A stretch of 64,000 nt of DNA, taken from Candidatus Heimdallarchaeota archaeon (GTDB lineage: Archaea; Asgardarchaeota; Heimdallarchaeia; Heimdallarchaeales; Heimdallarchaeaceae). The notes under the pieces are model-generated. The model saw only the letters and a list, made by a program, of their open reading frames with translations. It had not been told where the DNA came from and made no database searches. The stretch lies in the NCBI GenBank assembly GCA_018238545.1, contig JABCTC010000012.1, positions 26,470 to 90,469 on the forward strand, read 5' to 3'. A program made the translations under genes and the position numbers. Numbering within the stretch: the first letter of the stretch is position 1; each line of letters opens with the position of its first letter. Of the stretch, positions 12,707 to 23,016 are shown piece after piece.

Positions 12707-13939
12707 TTATTTAACGTAAGCTTCGGGACTTTCCTCTCCACCTTCAATGTTGTGGCAGTAAGCAACGTGAGATTTGCTATACCATCTAGCTGGGGGTTCC
12801 TCAAGACGACAAATGTCAGAAACGAGGGGGCAGCGAGTTTGGAATTTGCAGCCTGGTGGGGGATTGATTGGTGTTGGGATATCACCAGTAAGAAAAATCT
12901 TCTTGGAACGCTTGGTGGGGTCAGCGATAGGAACAGCTGAAATTAATGCTTTAGTATAAGGATGCATCATATTTTCAAAGATTTCATCACTTGTTCCTGA
13001 TTCCATGATTTTGCCGAGATACATTACGTTAGTTTCGTCACAAAGGATTTTAACTAAGGAAAGATCGTGAGCAATGAAAAGGTAAGTAAGACCCATCTTG
13101 TGCTGAAGCTCGAGAATTAGTTGAATGATAGCTGCACGGACGGAAACGTCAAGATTTGAGACAGGTTCGTCCATAACTATGAAGTCTGGTTCAAGTGCTA
13201 ATGCTCTTGCAATTCCCAATCTTTGTCTCTGCCCTCCACTGAATTCGTGTGGGTACCTATATGCGTGATGTGGCGCTAAACCTACATCTTTTAGCAGTGA
13301 CAACACTTTGTAACTTGCTTCGTCTCCTGATGCTACTCCGTGTATTGCGAATGGTTCTATAATGATATCATGTGCTGTTGCTCGAGGATTCAAAGATGCA
13401 TATGGATCTTGGAATACAATCTGTAGATGCCTTCTTATTTCTTTCATCTCTACAGAGGTTAGACGATTTATGTCTATTCCTTTGAAATATACTGATCCTG
13501 CTGTTGGTTCTAATAATCTAATTATTGTTTTAGCAGCTGTACTTTTTCCACAACCTGATTCTCCTACTAATCCAACGATTTTTCCTCTACGAATGTGTAA
13601 ATCTATCCCATCTACAGCTTTAAGATGGGCTACTTTTGGTCGTTTATTGAATGGGGGAATATTTGGCAATAGGAAATAAAGAACAACTACTCCACCCATT
13701 ATACTTAATCCAATTGTAATATTGAAAGCAAACACTACCACTGCGGCTACGAATGCTAACATAAACCAAGTAGTTTCAAAAGGAATTGGGATGTTAAAGA
13801 ATTTCTTGAGGTTGATAACTTCAAGAACAACATCTTCTTTCATTTCCTTTGTTCTGATCCTGCTAGATATTAGCCCTTTTTCCACTTGTTGTCTTCCTAT
13901 TTTTTCTATAAATGTCTCTGAACTCATTTTCTTTTCCAC
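12707..13939 (-). CDS. oppF: Oligopeptide ABC transporter ATPase (OppF/AppF) with a hydrophobic insertion
   Basis: GESGCGKS, VFQDPYASLNPR, YPHEFSGGQRQR, MDEPVSNLD, HPYT and C-terminal Cys cluster. Confidence 0.9.
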   Translation of the reverse strand: MEKKMSSETFIEKIGRQQVEKGLISSRIRTKEMKEDVVLEVINLKKFFNIPIPFETTWFMLAFVAAVVVFAFNITIGLSIMGGVVVLYFLLPNIPPFNKRPKVAHLKAVDGIDLHIRRGKIVGLVGESGCGKSTAAKTIIRLLEPTAGSVYFKGIDINRLTSVEMKEIRRHLQIVFQDPYASLNPRATAHDIIIEPFAIHGVASGDEASYKVLSLLKDVGLAPHHAYRYPHEFSGGQRQRLGIARALALEPDFIVMDEPVSNLDVSVRAAIIQLILELQHKMGLTYLFIAHDLSLVKILCDETNVMYLGKIMESGTSDEIFENMMHPYTKALISAVPIADPTKRSKKIFLTGDIPTPINPPPGCKFQTRCPLVSDICRLEEPPARWYSKSHVAYCHNIEGGEESPEAYVK

Positions 13940-15007
13940 CTAACCTGTAGCCTTTTTAGGCATTGTTGATATTTCACGTTTCTCACCATGTTGTTGCATC
14001 CAAGCTTTACCTTCTTCAGTATAAATGTGGCATCTTACATCATGGCCTGGTTCAATCGTTACGATACTTGGAAGAATAGTGTCACATAACCCTTCCATCC
14101 AATAATCACATCGAGGATGGAAACGACAAGCTGATGGAGGATTAATAAGGTTCGGAATAGCTCCACGAATAATCGTGAGATCCTCACGAGCTGCATCAGG
14201 TCGAGGGATAGCTCCAAGAAGACCGCGTGTATAAGGATGATAAGGTGATTTGAAGATGATTATAATGTCTCCAACCTCACATATGAAACCTGCATACATC
14301 ACCGCTACACGGTCACACATTTCAGCAATTACACCCATGTCGTGGGTGATTAAAATAATACTCATGTCGAACTCTTCGCTAGTAGCTTTCAGAAGCTCAA
14401 GAATTTGAGCTTGAATTGTTACATCAAGAGAAGTTGAAGGTTCATCTGCTATCAATAATTCAGGATTACAGCTTAGAGCCATCGCGATCATAACACGTTG
14501 GCGCATACCTCCCGAAAATTCGAAAGGATAATTATCAACACGCTCGTCAGCACTTGGAATACCAACAAGGGACATAATTTTGATAGATTTTTCACGGGCT
14601 TCTTTCTTAGTAACCTTTTGATGAAGAATAATAGCTTCACTGATCTGATCACCAACAGTAAAAACAGGATTGAGACTGGTCATAGGATCTTGAAAAATCA
14701 TAGCTATTTGGTTACCTCGTATCTTACGCATATCAGCATCACTGAGTTTGCGTAAATCTTGTCCATGGAATATTACTTCACCTTCGAGTATTTTACCAGG
14801 AGGATCTGGAACAATACCTAAAATTGAAAGTGCTGTTACTGATTTTCCTGAACCTGACTCACCTACAAGTCCAAGAGTTTCTGATTTATGAACAAGAATG
14901 TCTATGCTTTCTATAGCTTTTACGACACCTTCCTCTGTAAAAAAGTATGTTTTTAGCCCTTTTATTTCTAAAAGAACATCTTCTGGTGGTCGACTCATAT
15001 AATTCAC
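13940..15007 (-). CDS. oppD: Oligopeptide ABC transporter ATPase (OppD/DppD)
   Basis: [44 protein letters not shown]. Confidence 0.92.
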   Translation of the reverse strand: MNYMSRPPEDVLLEIKGLKTYFFTEEGVVKAIESIDILVHKSETLGLVGESGSGKSVTALSILGIVPDPPGKILEGEVIFHGQDLRKLSDADMRKIRGNQIAMIFQDPMTSLNPVFTVGDQISEAIILHQKVTKKEAREKSIKIMSLVGIPSADERVDNYPFEFSGGMRQRVMIAMALSCNPELLIADEPSTSLDVTIQAQILELLKATSEEFDMSIILITHDMGVIAEMCDRVAVMYAGFICEVGDIIIIFKSPYHPYTRGLLGAIPRPDAAREDLTIIRGAIPNLINPPSACRFHPRCDYWMEGLCDTILPSIVTIEPGHDVRCHIYTEEGKAWMQQHGEKREISTMPKKATG

Positions 15008-15203
15008 TTACTAATATTTTTATAAGCGCTTAATTCTGTTGTTAGTTATACTTTTATAAGTTTGTCTGTCTTGCTCTACTAAAAATATTCTAGTCTATGC
15101 CGTTTAATGAGCGTTAAAACTGTTATGCTCGAGAATTGTGAACAATTCAAAAGAGAAAAGAATGTGAAGAAAAGGTTCTATTAGTCTACATTATTTCATG
15201 TGT

Positions 15204-15968
15204 CTATAGCCTTTCTTGATATCTTTTCACTCTTTTACGTAGAGCAGTTAAATTAACCTGAAAATCTCTTCGTAAATTCAATAAAACTACTAATCTTGCA
15301 GCTGGAAGATTGATATATGTTGGGAAAAATGCCACTATCATTGTTAGCGCAGATTCGCGTAGGTTAGCATAGGGTACGATTTTTCTTTCTGACAATTCTA
15401 ACACTCTCTCTTTCAGCATCTCAAGCTCATCGTGTCGAGTCTGCAGCAGTTCTTCTAAATATTTGAGCCATTGGAAGATTTTTACTTGCAGTTCCTTAAT
15501 ACAATAATCCGAGCTAAATTTTAGTAGGTCGGCGTTTTCGAGATTATGTTTAGCAAGAGAGATTTTCTTCAAGAAAGAATCATGATCTTTATCCATTCCC
15601 CAGAATCTAAGAATTCTTGAGATATCCTTAACCTGAATCTCTTTGCTGTTCATAGTCATATTATAGTCTAGAACAGCTAAAAAGTAGGCAAGAATATCAC
15701 CATTCTGAAAACTAGAGTCATTCTGATGACTTTCTAGTAACAGAGTGTAAATATTTTGAAAATGTAGAACAGAGTCAGTAAAAACTTTTTCAGGGATATT
15801 ATTGCGAAGAAGCTTAGATATAATCTCTAGAAATTGGAAAAAATGATTATGGTTTTTTTGCCAGTCAAATTTTTCTAGTTTCCCATTAATTAGAAACTCA
15901 GGAATAGAAACCTTGTCTTTGGGGCTTTCTAATGGTTTGAAGTCAAGCTTTTTGATGACAGTGGTCAT
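15204..15968 (-). CDS. Hypothetical protein, possibly a degenerate TFB-like cyclin-fold protein
   Basis: All-helical. Segments resemble TFB repeats (LAVLDYNMTMNSKEIQVKDISRIL; C-terminal FQVNLTALRKRVKRY versus TFB VTEVTIRNRYKEL). Confidence 0.5.
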   Translation of the reverse strand: MTTVIKKLDFKPLESPKDKVSIPEFLINGKLEKFDWQKNHNHFFQFLEIISKLLRNNIPEKVFTDSVLHFQNIYTLLLESHQNDSSFQNGDILAYFLAVLDYNMTMNSKEIQVKDISRILRFWGMDKDHDSFLKKISLAKHNLENADLLKFSSDYCIKELQVKIFQWLKYLEELLQTRHDELEMLKERVLELSERKIVPYANLRESALTMIVAFFPTYINLPAARLVVLLNLRRDFQVNLTALRKRVKRYQERL

Positions 15969-16236
15969 TTTGCCTCACTAATATATACTTAAATTAGTAT
16001 AAATACTCACAAAATTTTTTGTGCAAAGTGAAAACCTACTATCCTTTAGGATATGGTGACTCCCTCCCAAAATAGTCTACACCCGATTTTGGAGTTACTA
16101 AAATATATTTAGTAAATGATAAGCTTCCACTAGCCTATCAATAAGATAATACTTGAAATGCTTAATATACCTAAGAAAATATAATTGCATTTTAATTGCA
16201 TAAAAAATTAAAAAAGAAAAAAGTTTGAGAGAAGGT

Positions 16237-17298
16237 TTAATCCTTCAATCTTGGATCTAATGCATCTCTTAAAGAATCACCGAGTAGGTTGAATCCTAAA
16301 ACCGTGAAGAAGATGAACAAAGCTGGAAACATCGGCATCCATGGATAATCCAATAAATTATTTTGCCATTTATTTAGATCATCACCCCATGAAATTGCGT
16401 TAGGATCTCCGAAACCGAAGAATGCTAGTGCTGCGAATGTAAAGATAACCCCAGCTATACCCAATGTGATAATAATAATCAATGGGGCTAGTGAGTTAGG
16501 CAGAATGTGCCTAAAGATAATCCTCATATCCGACGCACCTAACGCGCGTTCTGCTTCTACGAAATCTTGTTCTTTTAGAGAGAAGAAATTCGACCTTATA
16601 ATCAGTGCCGTTCCTCCCCACCCGATAAGTGAGAAGAACACTATTACCACGGCGTATTTTCCACCCGGAATCTGCACATCTTCAAACAGTACAATGATAA
16701 AGATCATCAAGATAAATCCAGGCATGGAATAGAGTACTTCTATTACTCTTTGCAAGACATTATCTATAATACCACCATAGAAACCTGCGAGTGAACCAAG
16801 AACTGTACCAATAATCACTGTGGTCATCTGTCCGATGAAACCTAGTGCTAAAGATACGGATGCTCCAAAGAATACTCTGGAAAGCATGTCTTGTCCAAGA
16901 CGATCAGTTCCGAATGGGTGTTCCCATGAAGGAGGTAGAGTTGATTGATCTGCGAATTGATACCTAGGATGTTGGAAAAGTACAATAGGGTTGGACTGAT
17001 CCATTCCAGGGTACCATAATTCTATGTACAGGTTGTTTAGACTTGCAGGATTGTTAGGGTCACCAAGGAGTAAATTAGCGCTCGTCAACCAATTATCAAC
17101 CATGAGTAGTATCCAAGAAACAAGGGCCATCATGATTAGGAAGAGTACAATGTACAAACCTAACATACCCATTTTATCTTTCTTGATACGACGCCATACT
17201 ATTGACCATTGGCCGGCACCTTTCATTGATTCAATTTCTCTTAACGTTTTCTCGTCAAGAAGAAATTCTTCTTTATCTACTTTATCTACAGTTGCCAT
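16237..17298 (-). CDS. oppC: Oligopeptide ABC permease (OppC)
   Basis: HPFGTDRLGQDMLSR; EAA loop FVEAERALGASDMRIIFRHILPN; FNLLGDSLRDALDPR. Confidence 0.92.
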   Translation of the reverse strand: MATVDKVDKEEFLLDEKTLREIESMKGAGQWSIVWRRIKKDKMGMLGLYIVLFLIMMALVSWILLMVDNWLTSANLLLGDPNNPASLNNLYIELWYPGMDQSNPIVLFQHPRYQFADQSTLPPSWEHPFGTDRLGQDMLSRVFFGASVSLALGFIGQMTTVIIGTVLGSLAGFYGGIIDNVLQRVIEVLYSMPGFILMIFIIVLFEDVQIPGGKYAVVIVFFSLIGWGGTALIIRSNFFSLKEQDFVEAERALGASDMRIIFRHILPNSLAPLIIIITLGIAGVIFTFAALAFFGFGDPNAISWGDDLNKWQNNLLDYPWMPMFPALFIFFTVLGFNLLGDSLRDALDPRLKD

Positions 17299-17309
17299 TT
17301 TTTTAGCCT

Positions 17310-18317
17310 CTAATATTTAATCCTTGGATCGATAAACACATACGTGATATCCGTCAGTAAACGCGCTACTAGAAAGAGCAGGGGAAAAATTGTATTCGTT
17401 GCCATCATAAGCGGATAATCCCTAAATAAGGCCCCCTCTAAGAATAGAGTTCCTAATCCAGGCCATCCAAATACTGATTCAACCATTACACTTCCACTTA
17501 ACAATCCTGGTAATGAACTGCCTATGATTGTTACTATTGGTAGAAGACCATTTCTGAAAGCGTGCTTGTAAATTACTGCACGATTGTCTAGTCCTTTAGC
17601 TTTTGCCGTTGTTACATAATCTTGTCTCAGAATTTCTAGCAATTGTGATCTTACTAACCTGGCCATGAAGACTAGTCCTCCCAGCGTAAGCGCCAGCGTC
17701 GGCAGAATCAGGTATTTGTAAAAATTCGGGTTAAAAATTAGTGGTGTCTTAAATGCATCTTTACTCACTACTCCAGTAAAGTTGAATAACGAATAGGATA
17801 GCAACATGATTAGTTTTGCTAGCCAGAAAAGAGGCATAGAATATCCAAGTAACATAGCAATAGTTAACGAACGATCCCAAATTGAGTTTTGTCTGGTTGC
17901 TGAAACAACACCAATTGCTGTAGCCAGCAATAGTGAGAAAATGAACGATAAAACATTTAGTGTAATCGTATACACCATTCGTTCGGATATCAGTTGCGAG
18001 ATAGGTATTCCCACTCCCGCTTGCGTATTGTACCACGACCGACCTAAATCAAAATGTAATAAATCATTAACGAAATCAATATATCTTTCAAACCATGGAA
18101 CTGTGTACATGTCATTGTCCAACAGACCCATTTCTATTGCTTCTCGGTTATACGCCGAATTGTAACACTCTGGTGTCTCACAATGTAATAATCCCAGCCT
18201 GACGATAACCGGATCTCCAGGACTGACGTTAATTAATGTAAAATTCATCAAAGTGATACCTAACATTACAGGAACGATATAGATGACTCGTTTTACTATA
18301 TATCCTTTTAAAGACAT
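17310..18317 (-). CDS. oppB: Oligopeptide ABC permease (OppB)
   Basis: YIVKRV, PGDP, DLGRS, DYVTTAKAKGL, ESVFGWPGLG, DPRIKY. Confidence 0.92.
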   Translation of the reverse strand: MSLKGYIVKRVIYIVPVMLGITLMNFTLINVSPGDPVIVRLGLLHCETPECYNSAYNREAIEMGLLDNDMYTVPWFERYIDFVNDLLHFDLGRSWYNTQAGVGIPISQLISERMVYTITLNVLSFIFSLLLATAIGVVSATRQNSIWDRSLTIAMLLGYSMPLFWLAKLIMLLSYSLFNFTGVVSKDAFKTPLIFNPNFYKYLILPTLALTLGGLVFMARLVRSQLLEILRQDYVTTAKAKGLDNRAVIYKHAFRNGLLPIVTIIGSSLPGLLSGSVMVESVFGWPGLGTLFLEGALFRDYPLMMATNTIFPLLFLVARLLTDITYVFIDPRIKY

Positions 18318-18531
18318 AATATATACTCCGTGTATTATTTTACTCGAAATCTATTATATTCTAATTAGTTTCAAAAGTTTTGATGCGTTTATTAAGTTTC
18401 CTTTGCCCCTTTTTGGCCGCCTCAAGAAAAATTTTACCCTTTAAATATAAAACCTAAAAAAATAGGTCTAAGTATTTTCATTAGTTGTAAGAAATTTAAA
18501 TTGTTTCTAGGGAAAAGTTTGATTCACTTGG

Positions 18532-19266
18532 CTAAATACCTTCTTTTATCATCTCTTCTATCTTCATGTCGAAAGTTATTTTCCCATCATGCATGTGAAG
18601 AGTTCTATTCGCACGTTTTGCTGCTGCTAGATCGTGTGTTACTAATAAAATAGATGTTCCTCTTTCTTTGTTCAAGTTATTAAATAACTCTAGTACTGCT
18701 CTCCCTGTTTTTGAATCTAAATTCCCTGTCGGTTCATCTGCCAGTAGTATTATTGGGTCATTTACTAATGCTCTCATAATTGATACTCTCTGCCTCTCCC
18801 CTGAGCTCAGTTCTTCTGGAAATTTACTTCTTAGATGATCTAAATCAAAATCTTGAATCAAGCTATCGACCGCTTCTTTTCTTCGCTCATATGGCACCGA
18901 ATCAAAGATTAAAGGTAGCTCAATATTTTCAAAAGTTGTTAATCCCTCTATTAGATTGAAGAACTGAAACACGAACCCTAGATTTTTTCTTCTGAAGTTG
19001 GTCAATTCTCCTCTCTCAAAATTGCTTAAATCTGTTCCATTGATTATTATCTTTCCTTCTGTAGGTACTTCCAATGTCCCTACCAAATTTAATAAAGTTG
19101 TTTTACCCGAACCTGAAGGACCAACAATGGATGAAAATTCTCCTCTCTCAAAATTTATTGATAAATTATTTACTGCCTTTACTTCGTTGCTTCCTACTGT
19201 AAAGGTTTTCGAGAGGTTTTCACAGATAACGATTTGTTCTTTCATCTGTATGGTACCACAAGACAA
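18532..19266 (-). CDS. LolD/MacB-type ABC ATPase
   Basis: GPSGSGKTT, GFVFQFFNL, LSSGERQR, LADEPTGNLDS, VTHD. Confidence 0.9.
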   Translation of the reverse strand: MSCGTIQMKEQIVICENLSKTFTVGSNEVKAVNNLSINFERGEFSSIVGPSGSGKTTLLNLVGTLEVPTEGKIIINGTDLSNFERGELTNFRRKNLGFVFQFFNLIEGLTTFENIELPLIFDSVPYERRKEAVDSLIQDFDLDHLRSKFPEELSSGERQRVSIMRALVNDPIILLADEPTGNLDSKTGRAVLELFNNLNKERGTSILLVTHDLAAAKRANRTLHMHDGKITFDMKIEEMIKEGI

Positions 19267-19312
19267 GCACTAATAAAGTTGTTCAAATGCTTATTTCTCT
19301 TACTTTTCTATT

Positions 19313-20800
19313 CTAGTTAATGGTTGGCTTTAGAAACTTTGTTTCTCCCGTTGGTTCAAAATAGAGTAATTTTCCTTCAATATCTTGATTGGCTTGTTTT
19401 GCAGAAAAAGTAATGATATTTACTGGGACATAAATAACGTGAACAATTATAGCCTCTATGGCTGATGTGATTCTTGCTGTTTCATCTAGAATAGTCTCAA
19501 TGTTTTGGTTCTGTATTGCTTCCTCTAATATTCTAATTATTGATTTACCGAAATTAAATAGCAATTTCTCATTAATCTCCGATAACCCCTCAACCGAAAA
19601 TATTTCTATCCATTTTTCAAGAACATCTTCTTGCTTTTTAGCTCCTTTAATTGATTCATGAATCTTTTTCTTCTTTGCTTGGAATATTCTTAATTGATTT
19701 ATCAAGTCCTCTTTTTGTTCCCTTGTTACTTTTTTGCCTCTTCTTTCATCTATTTGCAGTCTCTTTGTTCTAGCATCGATCTGTTTTTGCGTTCGTTTTA
19801 GTTTGAGAAAGTTAACTTTAGCATCTCTCCCCCTAGTAGCATACTCCTCTTGTTTAACCTTCAGTTGAGGTCTAATCTCTTGAAGCACTTTTTCAAAATC
19901 TGGTTCATTCCAAATTTGCTTATCATTCTCAATCGTTTCTTTTAGTTTATTTAGAAATAGTATGAGTTCCGAATGATAGCTGTGTGTTTTATTCATTTTC
20001 TTCTCATAATCGGTTATGTAGTCATGTATCACTTTTTCGTCAAGTTCTATGATACTGGTTTTTTTAACTTCCTCTTTGCTTAATCTTTCCTGAGAATCTC
20101 TATTCAGTAATTTTACTAAATTCATCTGAATTTTGTTTATCGCTTGAATCAAATTTTCTCTTTCTTTGGCTTCTATTTCCTTGAATTCTTTCTTCCCAAC
20201 AGCTAGCAGTTTTAATTGCTTCTTATCTCCTGAGAGAAATGTTGGAAGTAAGATTCCATCCAAATCTAAAGGTAGTATTGCTTTGAAACTATTCTCGATT
20301 TTGCACAGTGCAAAAGGATAACTCATCGTTTCTTGATGAGTTATTTTTATGGATTCTAATGAATGTAATCTCCCCTTAATTCTTTTAATTATGTCTTCTT
20401 TTTCTACTTCTTTGGTTATATAGTAAAAATCATTTACTGAAACGCTTGTTTTTTCAAACAGTAGCGAAAGCGCATTCTCAATTTTGGTTATGTCCTCCAA
20501 TCGTTTTTCTTTTGTTATTTCAGCCGATTCTTTCTGAACAACATCTATTTGCTTTTCGAGATCTGTTGCTTGTTTCTCAACATCATCTATCTCTTGTTCA
20601 CTCTCACTCTTTATTTGCTCAACTTCACTTGATTCAGTAATTGCTGCATCTTCCTTTTCCTCTTGTTTTACTTCTGTTGTATCTGCACTATCACTTTCAA
20701 GAGTAACATCTGGTGTTTTATCCACTATTTCCTCGATTTTCTTTGTCAGTGCAATAAATTCGGAAAATGTTTGAGGTTCATCCTTAGGCTTTTCGCTCAT
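19313..20800 (-). CDS. Hypothetical coiled-coil protein
   Basis: 495-aa ORF with an acidic N-terminus and long K/E-rich helices. Confidence 0.7.
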   Translation of the reverse strand: MSEKPKDEPQTFSEFIALTKKIEEIVDKTPDVTLESDSADTTEVKQEEKEDAAITESSEVEQIKSESEQEIDDVEKQATDLEKQIDVVQKESAEITKEKRLEDITKIENALSLLFEKTSVSVNDFYYITKEVEKEDIIKRIKGRLHSLESIKITHQETMSYPFALCKIENSFKAILPLDLDGILLPTFLSGDKKQLKLLAVGKKEFKEIEAKERENLIQAINKIQMNLVKLLNRDSQERLSKEEVKKTSIIELDEKVIHDYITDYEKKMNKTHSYHSELILFLNKLKETIENDKQIWNEPDFEKVLQEIRPQLKVKQEEYATRGRDAKVNFLKLKRTQKQIDARTKRLQIDERRGKKVTREQKEDLINQLRIFQAKKKKIHESIKGAKKQEDVLEKWIEIFSVEGLSEINEKLLFNFGKSIIRILEEAIQNQNIETILDETARITSAIEAIIVHVIYVPVNIITFSAKQANQDIEGKLLYFEPTGETKFLKPTIN

Positions 20801-20968
20801 ATACTGTAACCAGTTTATAATCGATTTTTCACTTATTTAAACTACTCGAAATCCTCGAACCTATTGCAATAATTTCTTTTTACTGCTGTCTCTTGCTCAA
20901 TTATTTGTTCTGAGATATCACGTGGGTATTGCGGAGTTATAAAAGATAAAGAAAGATGTTGTCCTTAG

Positions 20969-22252
20969 GTGAGCCCTATTTCCACAAAGAAATGTCCTAT
21001 TTGTTATTCTATACTGCCTCACAAGGTTGTTTTTTGTCCAGTTTGTGGAACTGAACTTCAAACAAATATTGAGGAGGTTCCATCTGCACCTGAATCAGCC
21101 ATTGAGCAAGTCTATAATTATCCAACTGCTAGGCGTTTGTACGGGGATGAACCATTAGAGACGTCTAATGCTCATGTAACTGATCATTTTAACGGAGAGC
21201 AATTTGCATGGAAAGTTTCTGACTCTGTTCTCCCAATTAAAGCAAAGAATCATACTAACTACTCTGAAATGTTCAATTCCCCCAAGATTAATCTGCAATT
21301 TATTAAAAACCTTAATTTGCTCGAAATTCTACTATTTTCGGTTATAGGTCTATCGTACTCACTATTGCTAATATTCCAAATAGGTCTTTCAGGCTTGTTG
21401 ATATCTAGTTCTCTAACTATTTCATGGATTCACATTACAGTTCTTATTGTGTCATTAATTCCATCTTCATTATTATTGTATTTGCTTAATCAAAAAATAA
21501 CTAAGACCTTAACTAGGCAAAACAATTCAAGCTTGGAATTGCCAAAATACCAACTGATTTCATTCCTTTTCGTGCAAATCACCCACCTTCTATCAGTAGG
21601 ATTAATTGCTGCTGGGCTATTGACTACATTGCTACCATTAAGAACCTCAATAAATTCTATTGTTGTTGTGTATATTTTCGTAGTCATTACTGCTCTACTA
21701 GTGTCTATAATTTCTCCACCTTTTAGAATTGCAAAATTATTCACTTCTGTAAGAGAATCAGGAACAATACAAAATTATCAAGATTCTTTTCAATTTCCAA
21801 AAATTTGTTTGAAAAGATTTGTATTAATTAGTGTTTTCTCTTATCTTATTCCTGCAGTTCTCTTAGTTCTAGGTCTCCATTACTTTATCAATATTCTAGC
21901 ATCAGTGTTTATTCCAAACTATGGAATCATTACGACAGGTTGGGATATATCTTTAGGCATTCTACTCTGGTTACTACTCGCAGCAGCTATACTCTTCTCT
22001 AGTATTGAAGATGTGAAAACAACTTCATTTTATGAGGGGTTACTGCAGAAATTTGTTAATCCACCATCGCTTAAATGGATGAACCAGGGATATAATCTAA
22101 ACGCTTCTGGTAAGTCTGCAGAAATAGTAAATTTCAATACTAATTCATCACTGTCATTAGATTCTAAAAATGAATTGTGTTCAACTTGCTCTGAACCTCT
22201 TGTAGGTGGAGCTGAGTTTTGTACTCATTGCGGAAAAAAAATAGTGGAATAG
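20969..22252 (+). CDS. Membrane protein with N- and C-terminal zinc ribbons
   Basis: CPIC..FCPVCG at the N-terminus, about 6 TM segments, CSTC..FCTHCG at the C-terminus. Confidence 0.75.
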   Translation: MSPISTKKCPICYSILPHKVVFCPVCGTELQTNIEEVPSAPESAIEQVYNYPTARRLYGDEPLETSNAHVTDHFNGEQFAWKVSDSVLPIKAKNHTNYSEMFNSPKINLQFIKNLNLLEILLFSVIGLSYSLLLIFQIGLSGLLISSSLTISWIHITVLIVSLIPSSLLLYLLNQKITKTLTRQNNSSLELPKYQLISFLFVQITHLLSVGLIAAGLLTTLLPLRTSINSIVVVYIFVVITALLVSIISPPFRIAKLFTSVRESGTIQNYQDSFQFPKICLKRFVLISVFSYLIPAVLLVLGLHYFINILASVFIPNYGIITTGWDISLGILLWLLLAAAILFSSIEDVKTTSFYEGLLQKFVNPPSLKWMNQGYNLNASGKSAEIVNFNTNSSLSLDSKNELCSTCSEPLVGGAEFCTHCGKKIVE

Positions 22253-22260
22253 AAAGAAAA

Positions 22261-23004
22261 CTATTGTAATTTTTTGACAATTTGTTTCAATATTGTTTGT
22301 ACGGTATTCAATTTATCTTCAAGTTTTCCTATTCTTTCTACTAGAGTGTCAAATTCAGCACGAGAAACAGTTTCCGTACTCATTGAAGTTTCTGTAATCT
22401 GTTTTGTTCCCATTGCTTCTTTAACATCAATAATTCCATCTGTTTCTTCCGGTGGATCAACCTCTTGGATGTTGTTTACTAATAACAATCTATATGCGAG
22501 AAAATCAAATGTTTCTTGAATATTTTGACCAGTTAAAGCACTTGTTTCACAGTAATAAAATCGTATACCTGTTTCAATTTCCAAACGATTGCAAAATTCA
22601 AGAGCCATGTCTCGTGAAACCCTTCTACTCTCTTCAAGATCGACTTTGTTAGCTACCACAAAGTAGGATAAAATGCCATTATTTGACCCTTCTATTGCTT
22701 CCTCAACCCAGTTGGAAAGATTAGTCATAGATTTAGGATCTTGACAATCAAAGACCATAATAGCGGCCGTTGCACCCTTGTAAAAAGATTTTCTAACAGA
22801 TTGATAACTATCCTGACCTGCTAAATCCCATATTTGAAAAGTTATTAGCTCTTCATTTTTTTCCATTTTTTTTGTTGCAAAGTCAGCACCTATGGTTTTA
22901 AGGTAACTCTCTTGGAATCCCTTTCCCATATATCTTTCTCTGATAGAAGTTTTACCCACTGCTCCATCACCAGCTAAAATGATTTTAAAATTCCATTTTC
23001 TCAT
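22261..23004 (-). CDS. Rab-like small GTPase with C-terminal helical extension
   Basis: G1 GDGAVGKT, G2 TIGADF, G3 WDLAGQ, G4 NKVD, G5 ETSAL; RabF-like FQIW, FYKGA and MVFD. Confidence 0.9.
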   Translation of the reverse strand: MRKWNFKIILAGDGAVGKTSIRERYMGKGFQESYLKTIGADFATKKMEKNEELITFQIWDLAGQDSYQSVRKSFYKGATAAIMVFDCQDPKSMTNLSNWVEEAIEGSNNGILSYFVVANKVDLEESRRVSRDMALEFCNRLEIETGIRFYYCETSALTGQNIQETFDFLAYRLLLVNNIQEVDPPEETDGIIDVKEAMGTKQITETSMSTETVSRAEFDTLVERIGKLEDKLNTVQTILKQIVKKLQ

Positions 23005-23016
23005 GACGATACATCT

